A model generated the notes under the pieces. The model was given only the letters and a program-made list of their open reading frames with translations, was not told the origin of the DNA and searched no databases. From Bacilli bacterium (GTDB taxonomy: Bacteria > Bacillota_I > Bacilli_A > RF39 > UBA660), in contig JAFRCK010000031.1 of NCBI GenBank assembly GCA_017404385.1, positions 13,799 to 77,798 of the forward strand: 64,000 nucleotides of DNA, written 5' to 3'. Shown one piece after another: positions 1-10,055 of this stretch; position 1 is the stretch's first letter; each line of letters begins with the position of its first letter. Position numbers and translations under genes: made by a program.

Positions 1-696
1 TCAGCTGTTAACTATGCAGTAGCTAATGAAATAGCAGTTATTTCTTTAAAGAAAGACTTTACATTAGAAGCTGACCTAATTAAACCAGTAGGTATAAATG
101 TAACAATTTATACAAATGGACATACATTAAATACTGGTGGATATACTGTTGATTCAGGTATAACAATAGATAATGGACAAGCACCAAGTGGACTTGGAGG
201 AGCAATCTATCAATTATATGCAAGTATAACAGGTTCTGAACTTAATCCAAAGAATATAGTCATATATCATATGGAAGATGGAACTATATTAGAATCAAAT
301 AAAACATATAAGTTATATAAATTAGAAAATGGAAATTATAATATAGTTAAATTTGTAGAAGAAGGTATAGGTGAGTATAATCAAGGTGGTTCATCAGAAA
401 AACTAAGTGTAATAAACGGAAGATTATACTTAAATGGATTAGGACAAGGACAATATAAATTAGTTGGATCAGATAATAAAGAATTAGACTTTAGTATATA
501 TGAAAATAGTGTAAGTGATAATATAAGAATAAGTAATAGAGTAATTAGTCAAAGAACAAATGAATCTATTGCAATGGTTATATTGACATTCTCAACAGGA
601 GTATTAAGAAGTCACTATATATTATTAATATTATTATTAACTATAATTTTATTATCTTTGATGGCTATTAGAAAAACAAGAAAAGAGTTAGAATAA
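1..696 (+). CDS. C-terminal part of a surface protein, partial at 5' end. Ends in a hydrophobic segment plus a basic tail (RKTRKELE), which looks like a cell-wall sorting or membrane anchor.
   Basis: Frame 1 is open from position 1. The C-terminus reads VILTFSTGVL...LLILLLTIILLSLMAIRKTRKELE. A terminator hairpin overlaps the stop codon (684..709). Confidence 0.5.
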   Translation, partial: SAVNYAVANEIAVISLKKDFTLEADLIKPVGINVTIYTNGHTLNTGGYTVDSGITIDNGQAPSGLGGAIYQLYASITGSELNPKNIVIYHMEDGTILESNKTYKLYKLENGNYNIVKFVEEGIGEYNQGGSSEKLSVINGRLYLNGLGQGQYKLVGSDNKELDFSIYENSVSDNIRISNRVISQRTNESIAMVILTFSTGVLRSHYILLILLLTIILLSLMAIRKTRKELE

Positions 697-780
697 TAAC
701 TCTTTTTTTGATAAATATCTATTGAAAAAAAGTAATATTAATGTTAAAATGTGAGTAGAATAAGAAGTGAGGTCAGAAAA

Positions 781-1677
781 ATGAATGATTTTTTGAATAC
801 TGTAATGAATTTTATTAATGAAAATACTACATTATTAATAATAATATGTGTATTTTTAATATTTGTACTAGTTGGTTATTTAATTGATAATAGTTTTAAA
901 ACTAGAAGACTTGCTAAAAAGAAAGCTGAGGCTAATAATGGTTTAGAAGTAGAAGAAACTGCTATTGAAACACCAATTGAAGAACAAGAACCAGAGGTAG
1001 AAGAAACACCTGTAGTAGTTGAAGAAGAACAAGTTAATGAACCTATTATTCCTGAACCAGTAGAAGTACAAAATATAGTAGAGGAAGAATTAAATAAAAC
1101 TGTTGAAGTTCCTAAAGTAGAACCTCTTGATGATATTAAAACTACTAATTTTGATGATATAGATTATGAAGAAGAAACTGATATAACACCTGATGTTAAA
1201 CTTGATGACATAGAACCTTCACCAGTTCCTACTGAAGAAATAGCTGAACCAACTACGGTAGAAGCTAATGAATTATCTATAGACCCTGAAATAAATGATT
1301 TATTAAATAGAGATTTTACTAAAGAAAACGAAAATGTTAATAATATAGAAAGTGATTCAGCTAGTAGACTTGATGAATTATTATTAAATCCTAGTAAACC
1401 TTCTTCACCAGTTGTAGAAGAAGTAAAACCTGTAGAGGAAACTTCAAAATATAAGAATTCTAAGTCTTTAGCGGAAATACTTGCTAGTAAGAATAATAAT
1501 ACAGTTAAAGAAGAATTATTATCTAAAGAAGTTGAAAAAAATCCAGAATTAATGAATACAGTTGATTTTCAAAATGAATTAGATAGAATTTTAAAAAGAT
1601 TAAATGAAAATTCAATTGATACTGAATCAAAAGATAGTACATTAGATGAAACAACGGATTTCACAGATATGTTTTAG
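781..1677 (+). CDS. Membrane-anchored, highly acidic Glu/Pro/Val-rich low-complexity protein
   Basis: RBS AAGAAGTGAGG precedes ATG 781. There is an N-terminal TM helix. Acidic EVEET/PEPVE repeats follow. Confidence 0.45.
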   Translation: MNDFLNTVMNFINENTTLLIIICVFLIFVLVGYLIDNSFKTRRLAKKKAEANNGLEVEETAIETPIEEQEPEVEETPVVVEEEQVNEPIIPEPVEVQNIVEEELNKTVEVPKVEPLDDIKTTNFDDIDYEEETDITPDVKLDDIEPSPVPTEEIAEPTTVEANELSIDPEINDLLNRDFTKENENVNNIESDSASRLDELLLNPSKPSSPVVEEVKPVEETSKYKNSKSLAEILASKNNNTVKEELLSKEVEKNPELMNTVDFQNELDRILKRLNENSIDTESKDSTLDETTDFTDMF

Positions 1678-1780
1678 AAAATAGAATGAAATTCATTCTA
1701 TTTTTTATTTTATCAACTAAAAGTTTGTAGTATTTTGTTTGATTTTATAATATAATGTATAAGGTGGAAGGAAAACGAAA

Positions 1781-4114
1781 ATGTTAGAATTAAAAAATAT
1801 AAAGAAAAGTTATAAAACTGGTGATTTTGTTCAACATGCATTAAAGGGTGTTGATTTAAGTTTTAGAAAAAATGAATTTGTTGCTATTTTAGGTCCATCA
1901 GGATCAGGTAAAACAACATTATTAAATATAATTGGTGGTTTAGATAGATATGATTCTGGAGACTTAGTAATAAATAATAGAAGTACAAAAAAGTTTAAAG
2001 ATAAGAATTGGGATTCATATAGGAATAACTGTATTGGGTTTATATTTCAATCATATAATTTAATTAGTCATATAAGTGTTTTAAAGAACGTAGAAATGTC
2101 TATTACTCTTAGTGGTTATTCTAAGTCAAGAAGAAAGAATATGGCTATTAAAGCACTTGAAAGAGTGGGATTAAAAGATCATATAAATAAGAAACCTAAT
2201 CAGTTATCTGGTGGACAAATGCAAAGGGTTGCTATAGCTAGAGCTTTAGTTAATAATCCTGATATAATACTTGCTGATGAACCAACTGGTGCATTGGATA
2301 CTAAAACAAGTAAACAAATAATGGAGTTAATTAAAGAAGTTGCATCTGATAAATTAGTAATTATGGTTACACATAATCCAGATTTAGCTAAAGAATATGC
2401 TAATAGAATTATTGAATTTAAAGATGGAGAAATACTTAGTGATTCTAATCCAATTAAAGAAGATAAAAAAGATGGAGAAAATATTAGTATTAAGAAAACA
2501 AAAATGAGTTATTTAAATGCTATAGGTCTATCATTTAATAATTTAAGAACTAAGAAAGGTAGAACTATTCTTACAGCATTTGCTTCATCAATAGGTATTA
2601 TAGGTATTTCATTAATATTATCTTTATCAAATGGATTTCAAAAACAAATAGATCAATTTGAAAGAGATACATCTGATGCTATGCCAGTAATTGTTTCTTC
2701 AACAAAAGTTAGTACTGAAAGAATTACTAATACCATGAATAATATGTCTACTAAAACTGATTTTAAAGATGGGAATGAGTTGGTTATAGCAAAGAAAGAA
2801 GAAAAAAGTAAATATAATAAATTAGATGATAGTTTTATTAATTATTTAAAAGAAATGAATCAAGATTACTTATCATCATTAAATATTAGTTATTTTGTTA
2901 ATATAAATATGATACAAACTGATGGAAATTCTTATTATTCATTAGATAGCTTAGAAAAGAAAAGTGTTATGTCTATGATAGCTAGTAGCGTTAATAAGAT
3001 GTCTATACCATATAAGAATTTTGAAAATAATGAAATAAGTAATATTCTTACAGAATACTATGATTTAGTGGCAGGTAAATTACCAACATCAAAAGAAGAA
3101 ATAGTTCTTGAAATTAAAGAAGATAATTCTATTAATGAAGTATTTGCTAAAGCGCTAAATGTTTCTGAAAATGATAAAAAAGTAGAAGATTTATTAAATA
3201 AAACTATTAAAGTGGTTTTAAATAATGATTATTATATGAATTATGGTGAACATTTTGTACCTAAAAAGATAGATGAAGAATTATACAATAATGAAAATAA
3301 TATTGAATTAAAAGTAGTTGGAGTTATAAAAGTTAAAGAAGATAAAAAGAATGTAGTTTCTGCAAATAATGGAATTTATTATATAGATGCACTTCAACAA
3401 TATATTTTGGATGTTAATAATGAATCAGATATAGTAGTTAAACAAGATGAAGTTGATTATAATATTATGACTGGTGAAAAATTTGATTTATCAACAGAAG
3501 AAGGACAAAAGGCAAAAGAACAAATGCTTGGATATTTAGGTAAAAAAGTATCTCCTAGTATGTTTTATTTATATCCAAAGGATTTTAACAGTAAAGATAA
3601 ATTAACTGCTTATTTAGATAAGTATAATAAAGGTAAATCAGAAGAAGACAAAATTGATTATCTTGATCAAGCAGATTTAATTACAAGTATATCTAGTGGT
3701 ATTATGGATGGTATAACAGCAGTTCTAATTGCTTTCTCTTCAATTTCTTTAATAGTATCTTCTATAATGATAGGTATTATTACTTATATTTCAGTTTTAG
3801 AAAGAACAAAGGAAATTGGAATACTTAGAAGTTTAGGTGCTAGAAAGAAAGATATAAGAAGAGTATTTAATGCAGAAACATTTATTATAGGTTTAAGTTC
3901 TGGATTACTTGGTATAGCAATATCTAGATTATTATTAATACCAATAAATATCTTATTAAAGAATATAACTGATTTGGATAATGTTGCTGTTATGGATATA
4001 GGTCACTCAATTATCTTAATAGTAATTAGTATTATGCTTACATTAATTGGTGGAGCTATACCAAGTAATTTAGCATCTAAAAAAGATCCAGTTGAAGCTT
4101 TAAGAACAGAATAG
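1781..4114 (+). CDS. MacB-like ABC transporter: N-terminal ATPase fused to an FtsX-family permease with a large extracytoplasmic domain
   Basis: Walker A GPSGSGKTT, signature LSGGQMQRV, Walker B ILADEPTGALD. The C-terminal 4-TM FtsX domain contains RSLGARKKDI. Confidence 0.85.
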   Translation: MLELKNIKKSYKTGDFVQHALKGVDLSFRKNEFVAILGPSGSGKTTLLNIIGGLDRYDSGDLVINNRSTKKFKDKNWDSYRNNCIGFIFQSYNLISHISVLKNVEMSITLSGYSKSRRKNMAIKALERVGLKDHINKKPNQLSGGQMQRVAIARALVNNPDIILADEPTGALDTKTSKQIMELIKEVASDKLVIMVTHNPDLAKEYANRIIEFKDGEILSDSNPIKEDKKDGENISIKKTKMSYLNAIGLSFNNLRTKKGRTILTAFASSIGIIGISLILSLSNGFQKQIDQFERDTSDAMPVIVSSTKVSTERITNTMNNMSTKTDFKDGNELVIAKKEEKSKYNKLDDSFINYLKEMNQDYLSSLNISYFVNINMIQTDGNSYYSLDSLEKKSVMSMIASSVNKMSIPYKNFENNEISNILTEYYDLVAGKLPTSKEEIVLEIKEDNSINEVFAKALNVSENDKKVEDLLNKTIKVVLNNDYYMNYGEHFVPKKIDEELYNNENNIELKVVGVIKVKEDKKNVVSANNGIYYIDALQQYILDVNNESDIVVKQDEVDYNIMTGEKFDLSTEEGQKAKEQMLGYLGKKVSPSMFYLYPKDFNSKDKLTAYLDKYNKGKSEEDKIDYLDQADLITSISSGIMDGITAVLIAFSSISLIVSSIMIGIITYISVLERTKEIGILRSLGARKKDIRRVFNAETFIIGLSSGLLGIAISRLLLIPINILLKNITDLDNVAVMDIGHSIILIVISIMLTLIGGAIPSNLASKKDPVEALRTE

Positions 4115-4121
4115 GTGCTAT

Positions 4122-4943
4122 GTGAGGATACAATTAAATAAAAAAGATGTAGAAAAACTATTTGATAATAATGATCTAGATATAATTGAGGATTTATTAA
4201 AAATAACATATCCAGTTTCTATAGCAAAAGGGATTATAAATTTCATAGAAGAAGGAAAAGGTAAAAAAAGTACAGAATCTTTAAAAAAATACTTGATTAG
4301 TTCAGTTATGAAAGGCATTAGAAGTCATAATAGAGATGAAGATATAGAAAATTTTGAACCATATTTAGAAGAAAGAAAATTGTTTAGAAAAAAACTACAT
4401 GGGTTTTTAACACCAGAAGAAGAGACATATTTAACAGTTTTTTCAAAAGATATAAAAGGTTTTAAAAAAGATTTAAGAGGTAGAATAAGTAAAAAAGCAT
4501 ATGAATCTTTAAAAAGAATATATGAAGATAATAAAGAAGATACATATACTTTAATACATAGAACTGGTTATGAAGTAGATCCTATATTTGAAGATGGTAT
4601 TAGATTTGGTTCATCAACAGAAATATATGATATGTGTCAAAGAATGGATAATTTTCATTTTATGTTAGAAGCAATTTCATTATGCAATAATTATAAATAT
4701 AGTTCAGGGTGTTTTATAATTAAGATACCTAAAAAAGCAATAACTGAGAAGACTGAGCCAATTTTTTATAAAGAAGAAGATAGTCTTTATTTAAATCCTA
4801 AATATGTAGTTGCTTATGCTCCTGTGAGTGGTAAAAAGGTATTAACAGTTGAAGAAAATAAAGAAGCTAAAGATGTAGAATCAGAATATTATGTTGATGA
4901 GAAAGTACATGGGTTAGTATCAAATTTTTATCATAAAATGTAA
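4122..4943 (+). CDS. Hypothetical protein (GTG start)
   Basis: 273-aa ORF immediately after the ABC gene. No motif recognised. Terminator at 4946..4969. Confidence 0.4.
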   Translation: MRIQLNKKDVEKLFDNNDLDIIEDLLKITYPVSIAKGIINFIEEGKGKKSTESLKKYLISSVMKGIRSHNRDEDIENFEPYLEERKLFRKKLHGFLTPEEETYLTVFSKDIKGFKKDLRGRISKKAYESLKRIYEDNKEDTYTLIHRTGYEVDPIFEDGIRFGSSTEIYDMCQRMDNFHFMLEAISLCNNYKYSSGCFIIKIPKKAITEKTEPIFYKEEDSLYLNPKYVVAYAPVSGKKVLTVEENKEAKDVESEYYVDEKVHGLVSNFYHKM

Positions 4944-5246
4944 AGAAAGATGTATATCATCTTTTTTTATTTTTCTCCCATAATTCTCCCATATTTTTAT
5001 TTTATACTTAAATTAGTAAAGGAGATGATACATGATAAAAAAAGAAATAACATATTATAATTAACATAATAATTACATCAATATGATGTTATATAAACAT
5101 AGTAAAGAATTGAAATCCCTATAACCTCAAATTACTAAGAATTAAATAAAAAAATCTCTTTCTACTCTCATTATTTAACTCTTAATACAATTCTTTACTG
5201 AAAATAATTTTTTTAAGACGTTAAAATAAGGTACCAAATTGGTATC

Positions 5247-6041
5247 TTATTTTTGTACTATATCTAGTATATGTCTACCTGCGCCTAATAGTTCTTTTCT
5301 TTCACAGGTTGAAAAATGATATTTTAAGTATATATCAAATGTATCTTTATCCATTTTATTTATTTCTTTTTTTAAATACTCGGTAGGTCCATCTTGTGAT
5401 AATATTTTAACTCTTTTTACTTTAGATTTATTATTTATTAAGTCAATATCTTCAATTCTAACAAACGAATATAAATCTTTTGGTTTACTTATTATTTTAA
5501 AGCTTTCATCGAGTTCTTTCTTCTTTATTGACTCAGTTAAAAAACCTTCTTTAATACCATGAGTTATAACAGCATATTCATTCATACAATAACTAATAAA
5601 TATATATCCATTTGGTTTAACTATTCTTTTAGCTTCCATAAGAGATTTTATTTTGTCATCAGTACTTATAAGATGATACATAGGACCAAAAATAAGTACA
5701 ATATCATAACTATTATCATTATATTTAGATAAATTAAGTGCATTTCCATTATATGTTTTTAAATCAGGTCTTTTCTTTTCTATAATTCTTAAATTATGTT
5801 TAACTAGTTCAACTGCTGTTACATCATATCCTTTATCATAAAAATATATTGAATAAGCACCAGTTCCAGCACCTATATCAATGATTTTATCACCTTTTTT
5901 TAAGTATTTTTCAATATATTTTATAGATGTTAAAAACTCTACTTGCCCATGAGCTGTAGTTAATCTTTTATCTTCATTAAATTTATTATAATAAGTAATT
6001 AGTTCTTTTTCATTCATATAAATCACAAATATATAATACAT
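5247..6041 (-). CDS. Class I SAM-dependent methyltransferase
   Basis: Motif I reads DIGAGTGAYS. Size is typical of small-molecule MTases. Confidence 0.7.
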   Translation of the reverse strand: MYYIFVIYMNEKELITYYNKFNEDKRLTTAHGQVEFLTSIKYIEKYLKKGDKIIDIGAGTGAYSIYFYDKGYDVTAVELVKHNLRIIEKKRPDLKTYNGNALNLSKYNDNSYDIVLIFGPMYHLISTDDKIKSLMEAKRIVKPNGYIFISYCMNEYAVITHGIKEGFLTESIKKKELDESFKIISKPKDLYSFVRIEDIDLINNKSKVKRVKILSQDGPTEYLKKEINKMDKDTFDIYLKYHFSTCERKELLGAGRHILDIVQK

Positions 6042-6122
6042 TAAATAATTATTATAAACAACTTTATTTATGAAAAAAAATTTGATATAATGATAATAAT
6101 ATTTTAGAAAGGAGTTTGCCCT

Positions 6123-6539
6123 ATGAAAAAATCTACTTACTTCGCAATTGGATCTTTAGCAGCATTATTTGCTAGTTTTGTATTTGGTTTTATAACTAAG
6201 AACGTAGATACATTATTATTAGTTTCATTTTTAGCAGCAATTGTTGCATTTGTTTTAGCAATTGTTTCTATTGTTGTTGCTGGTAAAGAAAAAGCTCCAA
6301 AAGCGTTTCCTATTGTTACTTTAGTAGTTGCTATTCTTGCTATTCTTGTTAGTGGATTATTATTTGCTTTTGGTAAAATAATTAAAAATCCAGAAAATAC
6401 TAAAGATATATGTAAAGAATTAGTTAAATGTAAAAAAGACAAAGATGGTGTAAGTATTTGTCATATTAAAGGTGATGATCAAAAAATAATAGACATCAAA
6501 TGTTATGACACTGTATTAACAGGTGACCAATACGAATAA
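6123..6539 (+). CDS. Small membrane protein (3 TM) with a Cys-containing C-terminal tail
   Basis: Hydrophobic helices and a lysine-rich tail. Terminator follows (AAAAGCATTTTAAATGCTTTTTTT). Confidence 0.45.
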   Translation: MKKSTYFAIGSLAALFASFVFGFITKNVDTLLLVSFLAAIVAFVLAIVSIVVAGKEKAPKAFPIVTLVVAILAILVSGLLFAFGKIIKNPENTKDICKELVKCKKDKDGVSICHIKGDDQKIIDIKCYDTVLTGDQYE

Positions 6540-6615
6540 AAAAGCATTTTAAATGCTTTTTTTATTGTTTATAATTATATAAAATGATAAAATACTAATG
6601 CATAGGAGGTGTTAT

Positions 6616-8568
6616 ATGTTTAAGTTAGTTTCTAAATATAAACCATCAGGTGACCAACCACAAGCGATATCTGAATTAGTAAACGGAATTAACTCTGGTA
6701 AAAAGAATCAAGTACTTTTAGGTGCCACAGGTACCGGAAAAACTTTTACCATAGCAAATGTTATAAAAGAGGTTAATAAACCAACACTTGTATTAGCTCA
6801 TAATAAGACTCTAGCTGGACAATTATATTCAGAGTTAAAGGAATTATTTCCAGAAAATAGGGTTGAATATTTTGTAAGTTATTATGATTATTATCAACCA
6901 GAAGCATATGTACCTTCATCAGATACTTATATAGAAAAAGATGCATCTATTAATGATGAAATTGATGAATTAAGACATAGTGCTACATCTGCGCTTATTT
7001 CTAGAAGGGATGTAATAGTAGTTGCATCAGTTTCTTGTATTTATGGTTTAGGTGAAAAAGAAGAATATGAAAAGAATACTCTTACTTTAAATGTTGGAGA
7101 AATAAAAGGTAAAAATGAAATATTAAAGAAATTAGTAGATATGCTTTACGAAAGAAATGATATGGATTTAGTAAGAGGAACTTTTAGAGCAAGAGGAGAT
7201 ACAATTGAGGTTGTTCCAGCTTATTCTAAATCTAAAGGGTATAGAATAGATTTATTTGGCGATGAAGTTGAAGGAATAATTGAATTTGATACATTAACTG
7301 GTCAAGTTTTAGAAAGAAAAAAGACAATAACTATATTTGCGGCTTCTCACTTTGTAACATCTGAAGATAAGTTAAAGATGGCTTGTAAGAGTATTAGAGA
7401 AGAACTTGGTGTTAGACTAGCTGAATTAAAAGAACAAAATAAATTACTTGAATATCAAAGATTAAACGAAAGAACTAATTATGATTTAGAGTTACTTGAA
7501 GAAACTGGATTTTGTAAAGGAATTGAGAATTATTCTAGACATTTAACATTTAGAAAAGAAGGCGAAGCACCACCTACATTAATAGATTTCTTCCCAAAAG
7601 ATTTTCTTCTAGTAATTGATGAATCACATGTTACTCTTCCACAAGTTCGTGCAATGTATAATGGTGATAGAATGAGGAAGTCTGTACTTGTTGAGTATGG
7701 GTTCAGATTACCTAGTGCCTTAGATAATAGACCACTTAAATTTGATGAATTTAATGAAAGATTAAATCAAGTAATATATGTTTCTGCTACCCCTGGTGAT
7801 TATGAACTAGAGTTAGTAAATAATAAAGTGGTTGAACAAATTATTAGACCAACTGGATTACTTGATCCAACTATTGAAGTTAGAAAAACTGATGGTCAAA
7901 TAGATGATCTTATTTATGAAATTAAGGAAAGAAATAAGAAAAATGAAAGAACTCTTATTACAACTCTTACTATACGTATGAGTGAAGAGTTAACTGAATA
8001 TTTAAAGAATGCTGATATTAAAGTTGCTTTTCTTCATAATGAAGTTAAAACTCTTGAAAGATTAGAAATAGTACATGATTTAAGAGCAGGTAAATATGAT
8101 GTAGTAGTAGGTGTTAACTTACTAAGAGAAGGAATTGATATACCTGAAGTTAGTTTAATAGCTATATTAGATGCTGATAAACAAGGATTCTTAAGAAGTA
8201 CAAGATCATTAATACAAACAATAGGTAGAGCAGCTAGAAACGCAAATGGACAAGTTATAATGTACGCTGATACTATTTCTGATTCTATGGACGAAGCTAT
8301 TAAAGAAACTAATAGAAGAAGAGAAATTCAAGAAGAATTTAATAAAGAACATAATATAGAACCTAAAACTATTATTAAACCTATACAAGATGTTATTAAA
8401 AATACTGATAAATCTATTAGTGATAGATCGAGTGTTACTATGACTAAGAAAGAAAAAGATAAGTTAATGAAAGAACTTGAAAAAGAAATGATGGCAGCAG
8501 CAAAAGAATTAGACTTTGAAAGAGCAACAGAACTTAGAAATGCATTATTTGAAATGAGAAGTCAGTAA
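6616..8568 (+). CDS. uvrB: Excinuclease ABC subunit B
   Basis: RBS AGGAGGTG then ATG 6616. N-terminus [12 protein letters not shown]. Walker [10 protein letters not shown]-terminal UvrB/UvrC interaction motif [19 protein letters not shown]. Confidence 0.95.
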   Translation: MFKLVSKYKPSGDQPQAISELVNGINSGKKNQVLLGATGTGKTFTIANVIKEVNKPTLVLAHNKTLAGQLYSELKELFPENRVEYFVSYYDYYQPEAYVPSSDTYIEKDASINDEIDELRHSATSALISRRDVIVVASVSCIYGLGEKEEYEKNTLTLNVGEIKGKNEILKKLVDMLYERNDMDLVRGTFRARGDTIEVVPAYSKSKGYRIDLFGDEVEGIIEFDTLTGQVLERKKTITIFAASHFVTSEDKLKMACKSIREELGVRLAELKEQNKLLEYQRLNERTNYDLELLEETGFCKGIENYSRHLTFRKEGEAPPTLIDFFPKDFLLVIDESHVTLPQVRAMYNGDRMRKSVLVEYGFRLPSALDNRPLKFDEFNERLNQVIYVSATPGDYELELVNNKVVEQIIRPTGLLDPTIEVRKTDGQIDDLIYEIKERNKKNERTLITTLTIRMSEELTEYLKNADIKVAFLHNEVKTLERLEIVHDLRAGKYDVVVGVNLLREGIDIPEVSLIAILDADKQGFLRSTRSLIQTIGRAARNANGQVIMYADTISDSMDEAIKETNRRREIQEEFNKEHNIEPKTIIKPIQDVIKNTDKSISDRSSVTMTKKEKDKLMKELEKEMMAAAKELDFERATELRNALFEMRSQ

Positions 8569-8595
8569 AATATATTAAATATTTTTTAGATTAGA

Positions 8596-8621
8596 AAAAG
8601 ACCTAAAAGAGGTCTTTTTTT
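8596..8621 (+). terminator. uvrB terminator
   Basis: AAAGACC-TAAAAG-AGGTCTTT followed by TTTTTT. Confidence 0.75.
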
Positions 8622-8676
8622 GGTTGCTAATAATCATAAAAAATGTTATTATATTTAATCGTTGAGAGTGAGAAAT

Positions 8677-9987
8677 ATGAGAAGGATTATTAAAAAAAGT
8701 ATGTTATTTTGTTCATTAGGTTTCCTTTTATTAAATGGTTGTTCTAAAAGAGGTCTTGGTTTTAATAGAATAGAGTTATTAAATGAACAAGATAATTCTA
8801 ATTTTGATAAACATGATGGATATGATAAAGTTCAAACTTATTATGATAGTACTTTAGAATTAGATGAAGATAAAGTAATAGAAATACCATCAGATTATAG
8901 GCTATTTGTTCTTGATTCACTATGTAAAGATAAAGATGACTCAGTAACAGTTCATGAATTAAGTCTTATATCTTCGTTAGAAATATCTGTTACTGACCAA
9001 GATCTCTCGTGGATTAATTATTGTATTAATTTAAGAGATTTAAAATTAAAATATGCTTATAGAACTGATGTTTCTAAATATATAAAAGAACTTCCTTCTT
9101 TAAGAATCTTAACTATTAATAGTTGCAGTGAGGTTCCAATCGAATTAAGAGAACAAGACTTCTCATTTATTAAAAATATTGAGGTATTAAATATTAGAAA
9201 GAATATTGATATAGATACTGATTTTTTAAAAAGGACTAAAGTAAATACTATGAATATTGTATCAACTGAATTAAATAGAATTGATTATAAAGAACTAGTC
9301 TTTTTAAAAAACTTAATAATTGATAAAAATGATGTTTCTCCATATAATACAGCAATTTATTTTACAACTGATGATAAGAATTATTTAGAATCTAAAGGTG
9401 TTTATATTGAAACAGGTAAAAAGATAGATGAGATTAATTCAAGATTAGATGTTATTAATAGTATGCTTGGTATTAATGATAATGATTTAGATTTAGTTAA
9501 ATATAAAAAAATAGCTTCGTATGTAATTAAAAAACTATATTATGGTGATGTAGATGAAGAGTTAGGAGCAAAACCGTTTTATCAAGGTGGGAATTTATAT
9601 GGAGCGTTAGAAGGAAATGGAGCAATATGTGGGAATTATGCAGCACTTGTAGAGGCTCTTTGTTTAAGAAATAATATAGATGCTTATATTTTATCATCAG
9701 GTAAATATGGTAGACATGCTTGGAACTTAGTTAAAATAGCAAATAAATATTATCATTCAGATATAACTAATGTTGATCATTTTGATTACTTAGATCCAAA
9801 AACTAAAAAGATTATTAGTTCTGAAGAATATGTAGATAAGTTTGGTATAAGTGATATAGATATGAAGTTCTTTTTATTTAAAACAGGTGAAATAAAAGAT
9901 GATATTTTTAATTATGTTTATTTACCTATGAATTATATAAAAGAAAAAAATGAATCATCAGTTAAAAGATTAGTATTAAATATATAA
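8677..9987 (+). CDS. Lipoprotein with an LRR-like region and a C-terminal transglutaminase-like cysteine peptidase domain
   Basis: Lipobox LLNGCS. Cys/His/Asp triad context CGNYAALVEALC...GRHAWNLV...D. Inserted between uvrB and uvrA. Confidence 0.55.
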   Translation: MRRIIKKSMLFCSLGFLLLNGCSKRGLGFNRIELLNEQDNSNFDKHDGYDKVQTYYDSTLELDEDKVIEIPSDYRLFVLDSLCKDKDDSVTVHELSLISSLEISVTDQDLSWINYCINLRDLKLKYAYRTDVSKYIKELPSLRILTINSCSEVPIELREQDFSFIKNIEVLNIRKNIDIDTDFLKRTKVNTMNIVSTELNRIDYKELVFLKNLIIDKNDVSPYNTAIYFTTDDKNYLESKGVYIETGKKIDEINSRLDVINSMLGINDNDLDLVKYKKIASYVIKKLYYGDVDEELGAKPFYQGGNLYGALEGNGAICGNYAALVEALCLRNNIDAYILSSGKYGRHAWNLVKIANKYYHSDITNVDHFDYLDPKTKKIISSEEYVDKFGISDIDMKFFLFKTGEIKDDIFNYVYLPMNYIKEKNESSVKRLVLNI

Positions 9988-10055
9988 AAATATAGTTTGT
10001 TCGCTATATTTTTTTATATTTTTTGGTATAATAACAAATGTTTGGAAGTGATTTT

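Noticed and set aside
4003-4318. Antisense/overlapping ORFs from the six-frame track (e.g. 4003..4209-, 6137..6442-, 13842..14048-, 20799..21020-, 25077..25325-, 29878..30117-, 40284..40493+, 42260..42484+, 59391..60191+)
   Set aside because: All are embedded within well-supported genes on the opposite strand or alternate frame. They are AT-rich low-complexity translations with no RBS or motifs.
4944-5246. 300-nt convergent intergenic region with TCTCCCATA x2 and a tiny ORF (MIKKEITYYN)
   Set aside because: Explained by two terminators (4946..4969 and 5222..5254). The 10-aa ORF is too short to support. No conserved RNA motif recognised.
6598-6615. N-terminal extensions suggested by the ORF track (MHRRCYM for uvrB, MFGSDF for uvrA, MVGGNN for the Dam MTase, and others)
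   Set aside because: Internal ATGs with well-spaced Shine-Dalgarno sequences, and N-termini matching family consensus, are better starts. The upstream codons overlap the RBS itself.
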